Shown one piece after another: positions 18,985 through 29,230 of a stretch of 64,000 nucleotides of DNA. The notes below the pieces were generated by a model. The model had not been told where the DNA came from, made no database searches, and worked only from the letters and a program-made list of their open reading frames with translations. The position numbers were made by a program, and so were the translations under genes. Position 1 is the stretch's first letter; each line of letters begins with the position of its first letter. The stretch comes from a virus, in IMG/VR virus record IMGVR_UViG_3300026552_000002, positions 3,797-67,796 of that record; one strand, 5' to 3'.

Positions 18985-19722
18985 TCACGCGACGGCGGTC
19001 AGTCGGCCGCCGGTGTAGGTCAGGGTGCGCGACGAATACAGGTAGCCGGTCGTCGTCTGCCCCTGGGTGAATTCGATCAATGCGGTGATGCGGCCGGTGG
19101 TGTCGTATGAGTAGGTCTGCCAGCGAGCCCCGGCGTCGTCCCAGGTGTGCATCAGCGCCCCGCCGGTGGCGGTGCCGTCGAAGACGGCGAAGATCATTCC
19201 GTAGGTCTGGGCGGTCCAGGTGGTGCCCGAGGTTGACGTGGAGGTGCCGGAGGTCTGGGCCGACCGCGCCCAGGAGTAGTAGTTGCTGGCGTCGCCAACG
19301 GCGGCGGTGACCAGCCAGTAGGTGGTGGATGCGGTCAGGCCGGTGGCCGGCAGCGGGATGCTCACGGTGGCCTGCGTCGTGGCCAGCAGCTCGTGGGGCA
19401 CCAGTGTGGTCACCAGCGCCGAGCCGGTGGGGCCGGCGTTGTTGGCGTACAGGCTCACCGACAGCGGTGTGGGCGTGCCGGTCACGGCCAGTGAGAGGGT
19501 GATGCGGCCGATGGTGGTCTGTCCGGCCGCGGTGGCGAACTGCTGGCCGATCCAGGTCCCGTTGGAGTGCGTGGTGGTGCCGCCGCTGGCTCCGGTGAGG
19601 TGGTTGGCCTGTTGCGTACCGGGGTAGACCAGGCTGCTGGTGTGGGTGCCGAGCATCTGGTTGATCTGGCCGGCGCGGGTGGGTTGGTTGGCGGTGGCCG
19701 CGAGCCAGGCGGGTGTGGGCAC
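18985..19722 (-). CDS. minor tail protein
   Basis: GGAGG + GTG 19722; shares QxNQxLxTH and HTWxDxG motifs with 15673-17538. Confidence 0.7.
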   Translation of the reverse strand: MPTPAWLAATANQPTRAGQINQMLGTHTSSLVYPGTQQANHLTGASGGTTTHSNGTWIGQQFATAAGQTTIGRITLSLAVTGTPTPLSVSLYANNAGPTGSALVTTLVPHELLATTQATVSIPLPATGLTASTTYWLVTAAVGDASNYYSWARSAQTSGTSTSTSGTTWTAQTYGMIFAVFDGTATGGALMHTWDDAGARWQTYSYDTTGRITALIEFTQGQTTTGYLYSSRTLTYTGGRLTAVA

Positions 19723-19730
19723 GAGACCTC

Positions 19731-20252
19731 CTACGGACCCAACGCGAGCGAAACCTGCAGGATCAGTGATTGCGTCGTCGACACGGCCACGCTGGGCGAA
19801 AACGCCCAATGGTCGATCAGGTTGCCGGAGCCGGGGGTGTCGCTCGCGCCGGCGAACATGCCGGCCTCGGTCACGGTGAGCGCGTTGGCTGGTTGGGGGA
19901 AGTAGAACAGGAAGGTGACCTGGGCGGCCACGGTTGGTGTGGCCGGCGCGGACGCCGCGGCTCCGACGACCTGGCGGGCGATTTCGGTGAACAGGGCGGT
20001 GTTGGACTTGGCTGGTGTGCCGGTGCCGGTGCCAATTGCGCCGTAGAGCGGGGTGAGGTAGGTGGCGTTGGTTTGCCCGATCTGGGCGGCCTGGTCCTCG
20101 ATGCCGGGCCAGACCAGCGCGGCGGCAAGTGCGGTGTATCCGCCGGTGGTGATGACGTTGTCGCCGGCGCGGTAGTCGACGAGCTGCCCGCCGGGGTCGT
20201 AGACGCTCAGGGCGAGGTGGCCGGACAGCGCCAGGCGGTCGGTCAGCTCCAT
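19731..20252 (-). CDS. minor tail/baseplate-like protein
   Basis: NVITTGG..IGTGTGTP..TALFTEIAR..VTEAGMF. Confidence 0.7.
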   Translation of the reverse strand: MELTDRLALSGHLALSVYDPGGQLVDYRAGDNVITTGGYTALAAALVWPGIEDQAAQIGQTNATYLTPLYGAIGTGTGTPAKSNTALFTEIARQVVGAAASAPATPTVAAQVTFLFYFPQPANALTVTEAGMFAGASDTPGSGNLIDHWAFSPSVAVSTTQSLILQVSLALGP

Positions 20253-20458
20253 GTCGTCGAACCCCATTCGCCGTTGTCCCAGGTCGCGGTGACCGCCACC
20301 CTGGTCGTGGCCGAGTCGCCCAGCGGCAGACCCTCGTCGACCTCGGCGAGCTGGCCCAGACCCCCGGTGGCAAACGCCGAGTCGATGGGGGCTTCGGACT
20401 GGTCAACCACTGAGCCGATGACATCGACGAAGGTCTGCGGGCGCATCACGCCGGGCAT
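20243..20458 (-). CDS. small tail-module protein
   Basis: Coupled to flanking genes; WDNGEWG motif. Confidence 0.55.
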   Translation of the reverse strand: MPGVMRPQTFVDVIGSVVDQSEAPIDSAFATGGLGQLAEVDEGLPLGDSATTRVAVTATWDNGEWGSTTWS

Positions 20459-21853
20459 TTAGATCCGCACTCCCGTGATTGTCATCTGTCGGTAGCCGCC
20501 GGAGACGAACTGGATGCGGTTCTGCGTGCACAGAAACCGTCCGTTCAGCCCCCAGGAGTAGTTATTCCGGGAGTCCGGGGCCATCGCGGTGTTGTAGCCG
20601 AAGGTCTGTCCGCTACGGATCCAGCCGACGAAGTCTTCGGTCGTGTTGAACGTGACTTTTTCGGCCGCGAACGCGAACTCGGCGCGTTCCCGTTGCGCGC
20701 GGGCCAGCGCCATCGACGTCGTGGTCAGGCCCTGGTCCGAAATGTAGTCACCGAAGATGCCGTGGTTCGGACCCGGATAGGCGGCCTGCGATGCGTAGTC
20801 ATTGGCGACGCCGATCACCGGGATTTGATAGTTGTACCAGAATTTGATCACGGTGCCGGCCGCGGGCGGGTTGGCCGAGGTGAGAAACCACGCGCCGTTG
20901 GCGTTCTGCTCGATAAACCAATTGGCTTGAGTGTCGTGCGGCTGGCCGGGGTGGAGTTGGTCGGCCTGGGTGGACACACCGTTGATGGTCAGTCGCTGCA
21001 CGCCGGCGAAGGTGAACCGCAGCGGCCACGCGCTGCCGATACCGTCGGCGAGCCAGGTGTCCGTGGGTGGGCCTTGCGGACGCGAGTAGATGGTCTGCGC
21101 CGCACCCTGCACCAGCACCCGGTTGTGGATGCTGGTGCCGTCCCACTCATAGCCGAATTGGTTGTCCAGGGCGATGTGGCCTTCACTGACCGAGCCGCCC
21201 TGGGTGGGTTCAGTCGTGAACGTCACCCCAGAGTCCAGCGCGGTAGTGGAGTCATAGAAGTGCAACCGCAATTGCTCGTCCACATACCAGCCGTACGGGG
21301 TGACCTGTGAACTCAGCCGGGCCAGCAGTCGCCACGCCGAGGACAGTGCCTGGTAGTTGATGGCGACCGAGGGCAGCATCACCGCGGGCGCGACGAAGCC
21401 GCCCTGGGAGGTGGGTGCCGCGGTGATGCCGCAGTCGGCCTGCTCGGTCAAGGCGATCACCACCGCATCGGCTGTGAATCCGTTGTAATACGGTCCATAG
21501 ACCGGGGTCGAGTGATCGGCATAGTACGTGTAGTCGGTGCAGCCCAGCCGCCATTCGTTCAGCGTCGCAGAAACCGGGGACAGGACCGGGTCGTTGACCA
21601 CGCCGGCGAACAATGTCTGGTTGAGGTAGTTGTCCACCAGCTTGATTTGGCTCATCACCGGAATGGTGAAGTTCGGTGTCATCCGGTACTCGTCGAGCAA
21701 CACCAGGACTGCGGTGTCGCCCTGGCGGCCGAAGTTCTGTTGGATCTGCGGTGGTGTGCTGCCCCCGGTGAACGTGAGGTTGTGGGTGTAGTCGACGGGG
21801 TTGCCGCCGGGTGGGGTGATGGTCAAGGTGAGGTTGGGGCGCGGAGCTGTGAC
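20459..21853 (-). CDS. tail tip/hub protein
   Basis: Follows tape measure; LFAGVV..CTDY..WYVDEQLRLHF; frame open to GTC behind GGAGG. Confidence 0.75.
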   Translation of the reverse strand, partial: VTAPRPNLTLTITPPGGNPVDYTHNLTFTGGSTPPQIQQNFGRQGDTAVLVLLDEYRMTPNFTIPVMSQIKLVDNYLNQTLFAGVVNDPVLSPVSATLNEWRLGCTDYTYYADHSTPVYGPYYNGFTADAVVIALTEQADCGITAAPTSQGGFVAPAVMLPSVAINYQALSSAWRLLARLSSQVTPYGWYVDEQLRLHFYDSTTALDSGVTFTTEPTQGGSVSEGHIALDNQFGYEWDGTSIHNRVLVQGAAQTIYSRPQGPPTDTWLADGIGSAWPLRFTFAGVQRLTINGVSTQADQLHPGQPHDTQANWFIEQNANGAWFLTSANPPAAGTVIKFWYNYQIPVIGVANDYASQAAYPGPNHGIFGDYISDQGLTTTSMALARAQRERAEFAFAAEKVTFNTTEDFVGWIRSGQTFGYNTAMAPDSRNNYSWGLNGRFLCTQNRIQFVSGGYRQMTITGVRI

Positions 21854-21857
21854 GACA

Positions 21858-24800
21858 TCACCTCCGCGGGAACACGCCGGCCTGCTGGAGGTTGCGGACT
21901 AGCGAGGGGCCCATCTTGGTCACGAACTGATCCATATCCCGATCCGACATGATGTGGTTGCCGGTGAAGGTGATCTGCACGTTCGGCCTCGCGCTGCCGG
22001 CGCCCGCGAGCGCGGCGGCGTTCAGACCCAGGCTGCCGGTCAGATTGGCCGCCACACCGGTGGTGCCGCCGACGCCGGCCGCAGTCGTCAACGCGGCTGA
22101 GGCCCGGCGGATGGCGCCGACCTGCGACAGCATCCCGTCGGCGAGCTGGCGGCCGATGGAGATGCCGGCGTAGATCGGAGCGCCCGAACCGGACAGCGGG
22201 CCGATCTTGGCCGGGGAGAACGGCAGGTGGTCGCGGATCCAGCCGACAATGTTGGACACCGCGCTGTAGATTTCGCCGGCCATGGACTGGATACCGTTGT
22301 AGAGCCCGACCATCAGGTTGTAGCCGGCGTTGTAAAGCCACGACCCGGCCCCAGCGAAAAAGCCGGTGATGTGGCCGGGGATACCGCTGATGAAGCCGGT
22401 CACGCTGCCGATCATGTTCTGCAGTCCCTGCAGGAAGCCCTGCAGCACGTCGGCACCGATCTGCATGAAGATTGTCGACGGCGAGCCGACGCCCAGGCCC
22501 TTCTTGAAACCACTGATCCAGCCCTGGATGCCCTTCTGCAGTTCATCGCTGATGGGTTGGAACCAGCCGATCAGGCCGTTTTTGAAGCCCTCCATGACGT
22601 CGCTGCCGATCTTCGGTGTCAGATCGACCGTCCTGCGCAGCATATCGACGATCTGCTGTGGCAACTTGCCCAGCCAGTCGGTCACCGCACGCCAGGCGTT
22701 TTCCGCACCGTCACGCAGGCCGACCAGGGCGTTGTAGCCCGCGTTGTTCAGCCAGGTGCGGGCGGGAGCGAAAAGCTGCTTGATGCTTCCGGGGATGCTG
22801 TTCTGCCACTGCTGGTAGGCCCGCCAGCCGTTTTCCGCACCGTCACGCAGGCCGACCAGGGCGTTGTATCCGGTGTTGTTCAGCCAGGTGCGGGCACCTT
22901 GCATAAACGTGCTGATCTTGTGGGGCAGTTGCTTCCAGAAATCGACCAACTGGACTTCTCCGCGGGCCATTCCGTCCAGGAATGAATGGACGAAGTCCTG
23001 GCCCTGCTTGTTCATACTGCCCATGCCCTGACCGATGGCTGAACCGATTTTCGCCGGCAGGTCCTGGAACCACTTCACGGCCGCCTGTACGGCCTTGCCG
23101 ATCGAGTCCGGCAACGAGTCCCACCATTTCTTGAAATCGTCGCCGGTCTTCTTCATGTTCTCGACGCGGTCGTGCCACCACTTTTCCAGGGCGCTCCAGC
23201 TTTGCTTGGCCGCGTCCTCGATGTCGCGCCAGGTTTTGATCAAGAAATCCTTGATCTGGCCCCAGTGCGTGTAGATCAGCACGCCGGCGGCGACCAGGGC
23301 CGCGACCAGCAGGACCCAGGGGTTGTCCAGCAGGAACGGCAGGACGTCCTCGACGAGCGTGGTGCCGATCCACTTGAGCGCCTTGACCACCTTTTCGGCG
23401 GCCTTGCCGAGGCTTTCGAGGGTGTCGAGCAGGGTGCCGACCGCCTTGACAATTCCCCCGATGGCCGCGGGGATACCCAGCAGCCCGATGACACGCCAGA
23501 CGATGAACAAACCGATGATTTCGCCGAGCATCGACGCCAGTTGCGGGTGACGCTTGAGGAAATCGTCGATCTGCTGGACCACCGGGGTCAGCGCCCTGGC
23601 CAGTGCGGTCGCGCCTTCGATGAAGGCGCCGAGCATCCTGACCACGCCGGGCAGCAGCAGCCGCGCCAGCTCGCCCAGCGGCGGAATCAGCGGTCCGAGC
23701 GCGCTGGCCAGATCGGACAGCGGACGTCCCAGAGTGGTCAGCGCGTTTCCGGTCGCCAACAGCGCCGGCCGAAGTCCATTGATCAGCGCATCCAGCAGCC
23801 GCAGGACCGGCGGCAGGATGTCGTGCAGGATGGCGTTGCCGATCGGCATGAACGCCGTCAGCAGATCGCCCAGCACACCCATCAGTTGCCGCAGATCGTC
23901 AAAGAAGAACACGACGCCGGCGGCGGCCTGCCGGAAATCGATGCGCGCGAAGAAATCAACAAAGCCCTGGGCAAGCGAGCGCAGTCCGACACCGAACGCG
24001 GCGACCACGTCCTGCACGTCCTTCATGATCGGCAGAAAACCGTTCGTGAGGATGCGGACGAAATCGCCGAACGCGGCACCCAGTGTCGTGATCATGGGGC
24101 CCATGTCGCGGACGATCGCCTGGAACTGCGGCGACAGCGACTGCATAACCGCACCGAAACCGCGGGCCGCGCCGATCAGTTCGGGTTGCAGTTGATTGAA
24201 TGCCTTGGCCAGCGGCTCGACGATCGGCAGCATCAACTGCTGAGTCAGGGTCAGTTGTTGACCGGCGGCCTGGGCCTTCTGGATGCTGTTGGCCATCCCG
24301 ATCGCGGCGAGACCGATGCCGCCGAACAGGGCGGGGATGCCCAGCGACAGCAGCCCGGCGATCGGTCCGGACAGGCCGGCAATCGCGGCGGCCACACCGG
24401 CGATGATGAGCTGCATTCGACTCATGTGCCCCGAGGCACCGTCCGCTGAGGAGCCCAGGCCGGCGATGGCCTTGCCCGTGTCCTCGGCACCCCGGCTCAG
24501 ACGGCTGAGCAGGCTTTCGGTGTCCTTGGCGGCGTTGCCAACCTTGTCGATGCCCTCCTTGGCGTCCTCGGCACCCCTGCGAACCTTCTCCTCGGCCTGC
24601 TCGGCATCGGAAAAGGACTTCAGCAGCTTGCGGGCCTCGGCCTCGGTGATGCCCAGCGAGCTGGCGAGCTGCTGGTGGGCGATGCGCAGTCGCTGGACGT
24701 CCTGGGCCGCCGCCGAGAGCCGTTCCCAGTCGACGTCGGTGACCTTCATGGCGTCCAGGGCGACCCGGCCCAGCGCCTCGTCGACCGAGTTCATCTCGAC

Positions 24801-25547
24801 GGCCAGGGCGCGGGCGTCCTCGCCGGTCTTGGGGATCTCCGCGCCGGCGGCCTTCAGGCTGGACAGGGCCTTACGGAAGTCCGCATCGGTGACGCCCATC
24901 GACCGCGCGAGCTGCTGGAAGGACTCGCGCATGAGCTTGGCGTCGTCGGCAGCCTTGCGCAGATCCGAGTCCATGCCGCCCAACGTCGAGCGCACCGAGG
25001 ACCACTGATCGATGACCTCGGCCGCGGCGGTGCCGTTGGATCGCACGGCCTCGTCCAGGTTGGACAGATCCCCGGCCGTGCCGCTGGCGGCGTGGCCGGT
25101 GTCGATGACCTCGGTAGTCAGGCCATGAGCGGCTGTCTTGCCCTCACCCAACACACGGGTGGTGTCCTCGGCGGCGATCTGGATGGTGCGCATGTCATCG
25201 GCGCTGGCATGGGCGGCGTCGCCGATACCGGTGATGTGCTGGGACGCCTGTTCGGCGTCGTAGCCCATCTGGGACAACATCGCGTCCAGATCAGGGATGT
25301 CGCTTCTGGACAGTCCCTGCATGTTCTCCGACAGGCCCCGCTCGGCTTCCTTGGCCACCTCGGTTTCGGCGGCGTTGGCGGCCAGGGAGGCATCCATCGA
25401 GGCCGTGGCGGCGTCGATGTTGGCAGCAGCGGCGTCGACCACGGCGGCGAGCTCGGCGATGGCCCGCTTCTCGCGATCGATCTTCTCGGTGGCGCGGTCC
25501 TCGGCATCCAGCACGAGCAGGAGGGTGGAAACGTCCTCAAAGGCCAC
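21858..25547 (-). CDS. tape measure protein
   Basis: 1229 aa helical; YTHWGQIKDF, LGVGSPS and LPFSPAKIGPLS motifs; internal duplicated ARTWLNNxGYNALVGLRDGAEN. Confidence 0.92.
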   Translation of the reverse strand: MAFEDVSTLLLVLDAEDRATEKIDREKRAIAELAAVVDAAAANIDAATASMDASLAANAAETEVAKEAERGLSENMQGLSRSDIPDLDAMLSQMGYDAEQASQHITGIGDAAHASADDMRTIQIAAEDTTRVLGEGKTAAHGLTTEVIDTGHAASGTAGDLSNLDEAVRSNGTAAAEVIDQWSSVRSTLGGMDSDLRKAADDAKLMRESFQQLARSMGVTDADFRKALSSLKAAGAEIPKTGEDARALAVEMNSVDEALGRVALDAMKVTDVDWERLSAAAQDVQRLRIAHQQLASSLGITEAEARKLLKSFSDAEQAEEKVRRGAEDAKEGIDKVGNAAKDTESLLSRLSRGAEDTGKAIAGLGSSADGASGHMSRMQLIIAGVAAAIAGLSGPIAGLLSLGIPALFGGIGLAAIGMANSIQKAQAAGQQLTLTQQLMLPIVEPLAKAFNQLQPELIGAARGFGAVMQSLSPQFQAIVRDMGPMITTLGAAFGDFVRILTNGFLPIMKDVQDVVAAFGVGLRSLAQGFVDFFARIDFRQAAAGVVFFFDDLRQLMGVLGDLLTAFMPIGNAILHDILPPVLRLLDALINGLRPALLATGNALTTLGRPLSDLASALGPLIPPLGELARLLLPGVVRMLGAFIEGATALARALTPVVQQIDDFLKRHPQLASMLGEIIGLFIVWRVIGLLGIPAAIGGIVKAVGTLLDTLESLGKAAEKVVKALKWIGTTLVEDVLPFLLDNPWVLLVAALVAAGVLIYTHWGQIKDFLIKTWRDIEDAAKQSWSALEKWWHDRVENMKKTGDDFKKWWDSLPDSIGKAVQAAVKWFQDLPAKIGSAIGQGMGSMNKQGQDFVHSFLDGMARGEVQLVDFWKQLPHKISTFMQGARTWLNNTGYNALVGLRDGAENGWRAYQQWQNSIPGSIKQLFAPARTWLNNAGYNALVGLRDGAENAWRAVTDWLGKLPQQIVDMLRRTVDLTPKIGSDVMEGFKNGLIGWFQPISDELQKGIQGWISGFKKGLGVGSPSTIFMQIGADVLQGFLQGLQNMIGSVTGFISGIPGHITGFFAGAGSWLYNAGYNLMVGLYNGIQSMAGEIYSAVSNIVGWIRDHLPFSPAKIGPLSGSGAPIYAGISIGRQLADGMLSQVGAIRRASAALTTAAGVGGTTGVAANLTGSLGLNAAALAGAGSARPNVQITFTGNHIMSDRDMDQFVTKMGPSLVRNLQQAGVFPRR

Positions 25548-25554
25548 AGACCTC

Positions 25555-26152
25555 CTACCGCTGTTGTTGCCGGGACCGGGCGGCGGATTCCTCGCGGTCG
25601 ATCGCCTGGATGATGTCTAGGTAATCGCGGACTTCTTTCCAGGGGCGCTCACCCAACGGCGCTGCCTGGATACCCAGGTGCTCCCACAGTTTCTTCTCCG
25701 CCAGGAATTTCTGCAGAATCGGCGGCCCCGGGGTGCCCATTCTCAGCGCCCCAGACAGTTTCACCGCGAAAATCGCTCCGGTCGTCGGAGTCCTCGGTGT
25801 CGTTGTTCAGCTCGTCCACGCGGCGCAGCAGCTTCTGGAAGACTTTGTCCGGCAGCCGCTTGACGTTGCGGCGTTTCGCGGAGTCCGGTTCCAGCCGCCA
25901 GATCGAGCCGTCCCGCTCGTCGAGGTTCCAGTCGACGATCGAAGCGCACACGCGGTCGAACTGGGCCGCGCCGACATCCGGGTTGACGACCGTCTGCATC
26001 TTGCCGTTCTCGTCGACCACGCCGCGCACCTTGGCCAGATGCTTGTTGGCGGTGGCGATGTCGTCCTGAGTGAGGCAGGTGCGGATCTCGATCCAGTAGC
26101 CGATCGCGACGTCGATGCGTTCGGTGCCGGTGTAGAAGTCCTCGAATGCCAC
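25555..26152 (-). CDS. tail assembly chaperone pair (25649-26152 plus overlapping 25555-25764 frame)
   Basis: Two overlapping ORFs between tail tube and tape measure; SIVDWNL motif. Confidence 0.75.
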
Positions 26153-26165
26153 ATGCGCTCCTGGG

Positions 26166-27143
26166 TCAGTAGGCGGTGTTCACGCCGTTTTTCGCCACGG
26201 CCTGGATGGTGTACTGGTTGGTTCCGGAAAGAGGGCGGGATGCCTCGAATTCGAGCGTGGACAACACGGTGTCGGCGACCTTGAGGTCATGCTTGTCTTT
26301 GGCCAGCACGACCTGGGGCAGGGTGAACTGCACGCTGTATCCGCTGGCGCCGGGGTGGGCCAGGGTGAGGCTCAGTGCACCCTGGTTCCCGTTGATCATG
26401 GACATGAAGTCGCCGTACACCGGGTCGTTCAGCGAGGACCACACCACGTCGAACGATCCGTTGACCCGCAGGTTGACTGGGGTGATGAAGTTCGGGCCGT
26501 GCTGCTGGGAAAACGTATAGGACTCCTTGAGCCCGTTTTCGATGTCGAGTGTGAAGTTCTTCGCTTCGGCGCGGGTGTTACCGAACAGGTTCAGGGATGC
26601 CTCGGCGAATACGAACGGGGCCTCGTTGACGAAGTTCTGCGCGGTCGGGGTGTTCAGCACCGTCACCGACTGGCCGACGACATCGGCGGTGACGTGTGCT
26701 GCTTCGTTGCCGGAGGTGACCTTCAACGTGTACTTGTTGACCTTGCAGCCGGCGAACTGCTGGCTCTGAAACCCCCCGATGTTCTTCTCGATCGTCAGCG
26801 AGTCGAGCGTATTGGCCTCGTTGATGGTGTGCGTGTAGGGCGCGGCGGTGCCGGTCAGGGTGTCGGTGCCCAGGGCGGCCTTGAGCAGGCCAATGCCCAT
26901 GGAGGGAAAAAGGGGGCCTTCCAGGTTGCCCTGGAATTTCGATTCGCCGTACAGATTAAAAACCTGCTGGTCCCGGAATCCCATCATCAGATGCGGGGAA
27001 AACCAACCGGGATCAGCCTCCAACGTGCACGCGGTGCTGGGGAGGAAAGCCGACGCGGCCACCGGGGTACCGAAGGCCGTCTCCCGCGCGTACCCGACCG
27101 CACTGAGTGATCCGGGACGTTCGGTGATGGTGCTGAACGCCAG
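26166..27143 (-). CDS. major tail tube protein
   Basis: GYARETAFGTP N-terminus, SLTIEK, GCKVN and TLDIENGL; probable CTG start 27143 behind GGAGG. Confidence 0.85.
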   Translation of the reverse strand: MAFSTITERPGSLSAVGYARETAFGTPVAASAFLPSTACTLEADPGWFSPHLMMGFRDQQVFNLYGESKFQGNLEGPLFPSMGIGLLKAALGTDTLTGTAAPYTHTINEANTLDSLTIEKNIGGFQSQQFAGCKVNKYTLKVTSGNEAAHVTADVVGQSVTVLNTPTAQNFVNEAPFVFAEASLNLFGNTRAEAKNFTLDIENGLKESYTFSQQHGPNFITPVNLRVNGSFDVVWSSLNDPVYGDFMSMINGNQGALSLTLAHPGASGYSVQFTLPQVVLAKDKHDLKVADTVLSTLEFEASRPLSGTNQYTIQAVAKNGVNTAY

Positions 27144-27154
27144 AAAACTACCTC

Positions 27155-27346
27155 CTACTCGGCCGGAGCCTCGGCCGTCTTCTCAGTCTTGGCGGTCTTA
27201 GTGGTGGCCTTGACCTCTTCGATCTCGCCGTGCTGCAGGTATGCTGTCTCCTGCCCCGGCGGCACCTCGAACTCCGCGCCCGGTTCGACCGTGCCGACCG
27301 GGGCTTGAAACGCCGTGGGCTGCGTACCGGTGTAGCGAACCTTCAT
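27155..27346 (-). CDS. small virion protein
   Basis: MKVRYTG..VEPGAEFEVP. Confidence 0.65.
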   Translation of the reverse strand: MKVRYTGTQPTAFQAPVGTVEPGAEFEVPPGQETAYLQHGEIEEVKATTKTAKTEKTAEAPAE

Positions 27347-27353
27347 CGCCTAC

Positions 27354-27815
27354 CTACTCCTTGAAACTGTCCTCGACGGCGCGGGAGAAGTTCCGCTCGA
27401 TGTCGTCGCGCTTGGCTTCCAACACGCGCGCCGGGAAATCGTTGGGCCGCTCGATACCGGGGTGGTTGACGTGCAAGCCGCGAACGAACCAACGCCCCTC
27501 CCGTTCCCAGAAGAAATGCAGGAAGCGAGCGGCCACGGGTTCGATGCCGTGCGGCGCCGCACCACCGATGACCCACTTCGCGTAGCGCTTGGGGGTCTCG
27601 AAGAACAGTTGGACGCCGTCGCCGGCCTGGGTGTTGCGCCGATAGCGGATGGACAGAGCCAGGCTGCCGGTCTTCTTGGGCGCTTCGTCCGAGAGCGCCT
27701 GGCGTACCGGCGGGCCGGTGTCATCGGCGAACTTCACCGCCGCCTTGGTCCAGCGCCAGCGGTGCACGTGCGAGTTGGTCCACCCCGGTCCATCGCGGTA
27801 GATCCGCAGACTCAT
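27354..27815 (-). CDS. HK97 gp10-like neck protein
   Basis: APKKTGSLALSI..YAKWV..HPG. Confidence 0.7.
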   Translation of the reverse strand: MSLRIYRDGPGWTNSHVHRWRWTKAAVKFADDTGPPVRQALSDEAPKKTGSLALSIRYRRNTQAGDGVQLFFETPKRYAKWVIGGAAPHGIEPVAARFLHFFWEREGRWFVRGLHVNHPGIERPNDFPARVLEAKRDDIERNFSRAVEDSFKE

Positions 27816-28300
27816 GCCTGCACCACCTCCAACACCTCGGTCTGCAGCCGGGCGACGTAATAGACCATCCGCATCGTGTTGGGCGTGCGCTCCGGCGGAT
27901 ACTCCAGCTCGAAGTCCTCGCCAATCTCCAGCATCTGGGAGACCTCGCCCGTGGTCGGGTCGGTGATGGCAACCGGCATGATGTCGGTGCGCAGCGCCTT
28001 CATGACGGCGTCGATCACCAGGGGAAACTCCTGATCAACCACGGGATCGTGCGTCGTGTCGGACACCGTTTCATACGACAGGAACGCATCGACCTTCCAG
28101 CGGTACTCCTGGAAGCCACCTCCGCGCGGGATGGTCTGTCGCCGACCCCGCATCCGGCCGCCCCAGATATAGCACTTGGGGCCGTCGAGGTTTTCCATCG
28201 CCGGTGGCTGAATCCACGCCACCAGGGCGGGAAGCTGCCCGGGAAGCGCGAGTCCGTCGAGGATCCCTTGCACGTGGTGCTGGACCGCGTTCAGCCCCAT
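27812..28300 (-). CDS. tail terminator-like protein
   Basis: Position in head-tail module; coupled genes. Confidence 0.55.
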   Translation of the reverse strand: MGLNAVQHHVQGILDGLALPGQLPALVAWIQPPAMENLDGPKCYIWGGRMRGRRQTIPRGGGFQEYRWKVDAFLSYETVSDTTHDPVVDQEFPLVIDAVMKALRTDIMPVAITDPTTGEVSQMLEIGEDFELEYPPERTPNTMRMVYYVARLQTEVLEVVQA

Positions 28301-29229
28301 CAGATGACCCGACCGTAGGCTTCGAGGATCTTCTTAGCCTGCCGGCGCAGGTCCTCGGCGCCCTTGCCGCCGATGGTCTCCGAACCGGACACGCTCTGCA
28401 TGAGCATCGCCGAGGCGCCGGAGTCCAGCACCTCCGATGAGGCCAGCAGGATCGTGGCCCAGGAGATGTCCTGCGGGATGGCCGAGCACACGATGCCGGC
28501 GGCGTGGCTGCTGGCCAGCGGAGTCGTCAGGGTGGCGGTGCCGGGCCCGACCGGGACCGAGGTACCCATGACGGTCGCCGGCGCGTCCGCGGTGACCGAG
28601 TTGACGGTGACCATCTCGGTGTTGGCCCCGTCATACAGCCAACAGCGGGCGCCGGCCATGCCGGTGACGTCGTCCACGCGCAGGCTGGTCGCGCCGGCGG
28701 CGGCCGTGGCCAGCAGCGCCGCGTGCGGCCAGCCGTTGACATAGCTAACCTGCAGCCGGTGTCCGCGGCGACCGTTCCACCAGGACACGTAGCCCGGCGA
28801 GATGTCGATCATCGATGGTCCGTCGGCTGACGCACCGGGTGCGGTGGTGCCATACACGCTGCTGATCTGCGCACTTGGGCGCATCGCGGTACCGGGGATC
28901 GTGATCCAGTTCGGGGGGATCACATCCGCCGGCGAATACTGGCCGCCGATGATGCTGATGATCGGCCAGCGGGAGGCGAGCAGGGTGACCACGCCGGTGT
29001 TGTCCACCGTCACGCGGTAGTCCGGGCCGACCTCTTCCTCCACGTCCAGCGTTGCCCGCAGCGGCTGGTTGCACAGCCGATCCACCTCGCCGGTGGCCCG
29101 CCAGCACACGTTGGTCTGCTCGGCGAGCTGCTCGGCCGCGGTCGCCTTGGGCCAGGGCACGACGGACCAGGGTAGGCCGGTGGGCGCGTTGACGATCATC
29201 TCCGGCGTGACGTAGGGGGTGGCCGTCAG
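28300..29229 (-). CDS. head-tail adaptor protein
   Basis: TPYVTPE..RATGEVDRLCNQPL..VSYVNGW; probable CTG start. Confidence 0.65.
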   Translation of the reverse strand: MTATPYVTPEMIVNAPTGLPWSVVPWPKATAAEQLAEQTNVCWRATGEVDRLCNQPLRATLDVEEEVGPDYRVTVDNTGVVTLLASRWPIISIIGGQYSPADVIPPNWITIPGTAMRPSAQISSVYGTTAPGASADGPSMIDISPGYVSWWNGRRGHRLQVSYVNGWPHAALLATAAAGATSLRVDDVTGMAGARCWLYDGANTEMVTVNSVTADAPATVMGTSVPVGPGTATLTTPLASSHAAGIVCSAIPQDISWATILLASSEVLDSGASAMLMQSVSGSETIGGKGAEDLRRQAKKILEAYGRVI

Positions 29230-29230
29230 A

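Noticed and set aside
22699-22895. 132-bp-period duplication in tape measure as a DGR-like repeat pair
   Set aside because: In-frame internal repeat typical of tape measure proteins; no reverse transcriptase present
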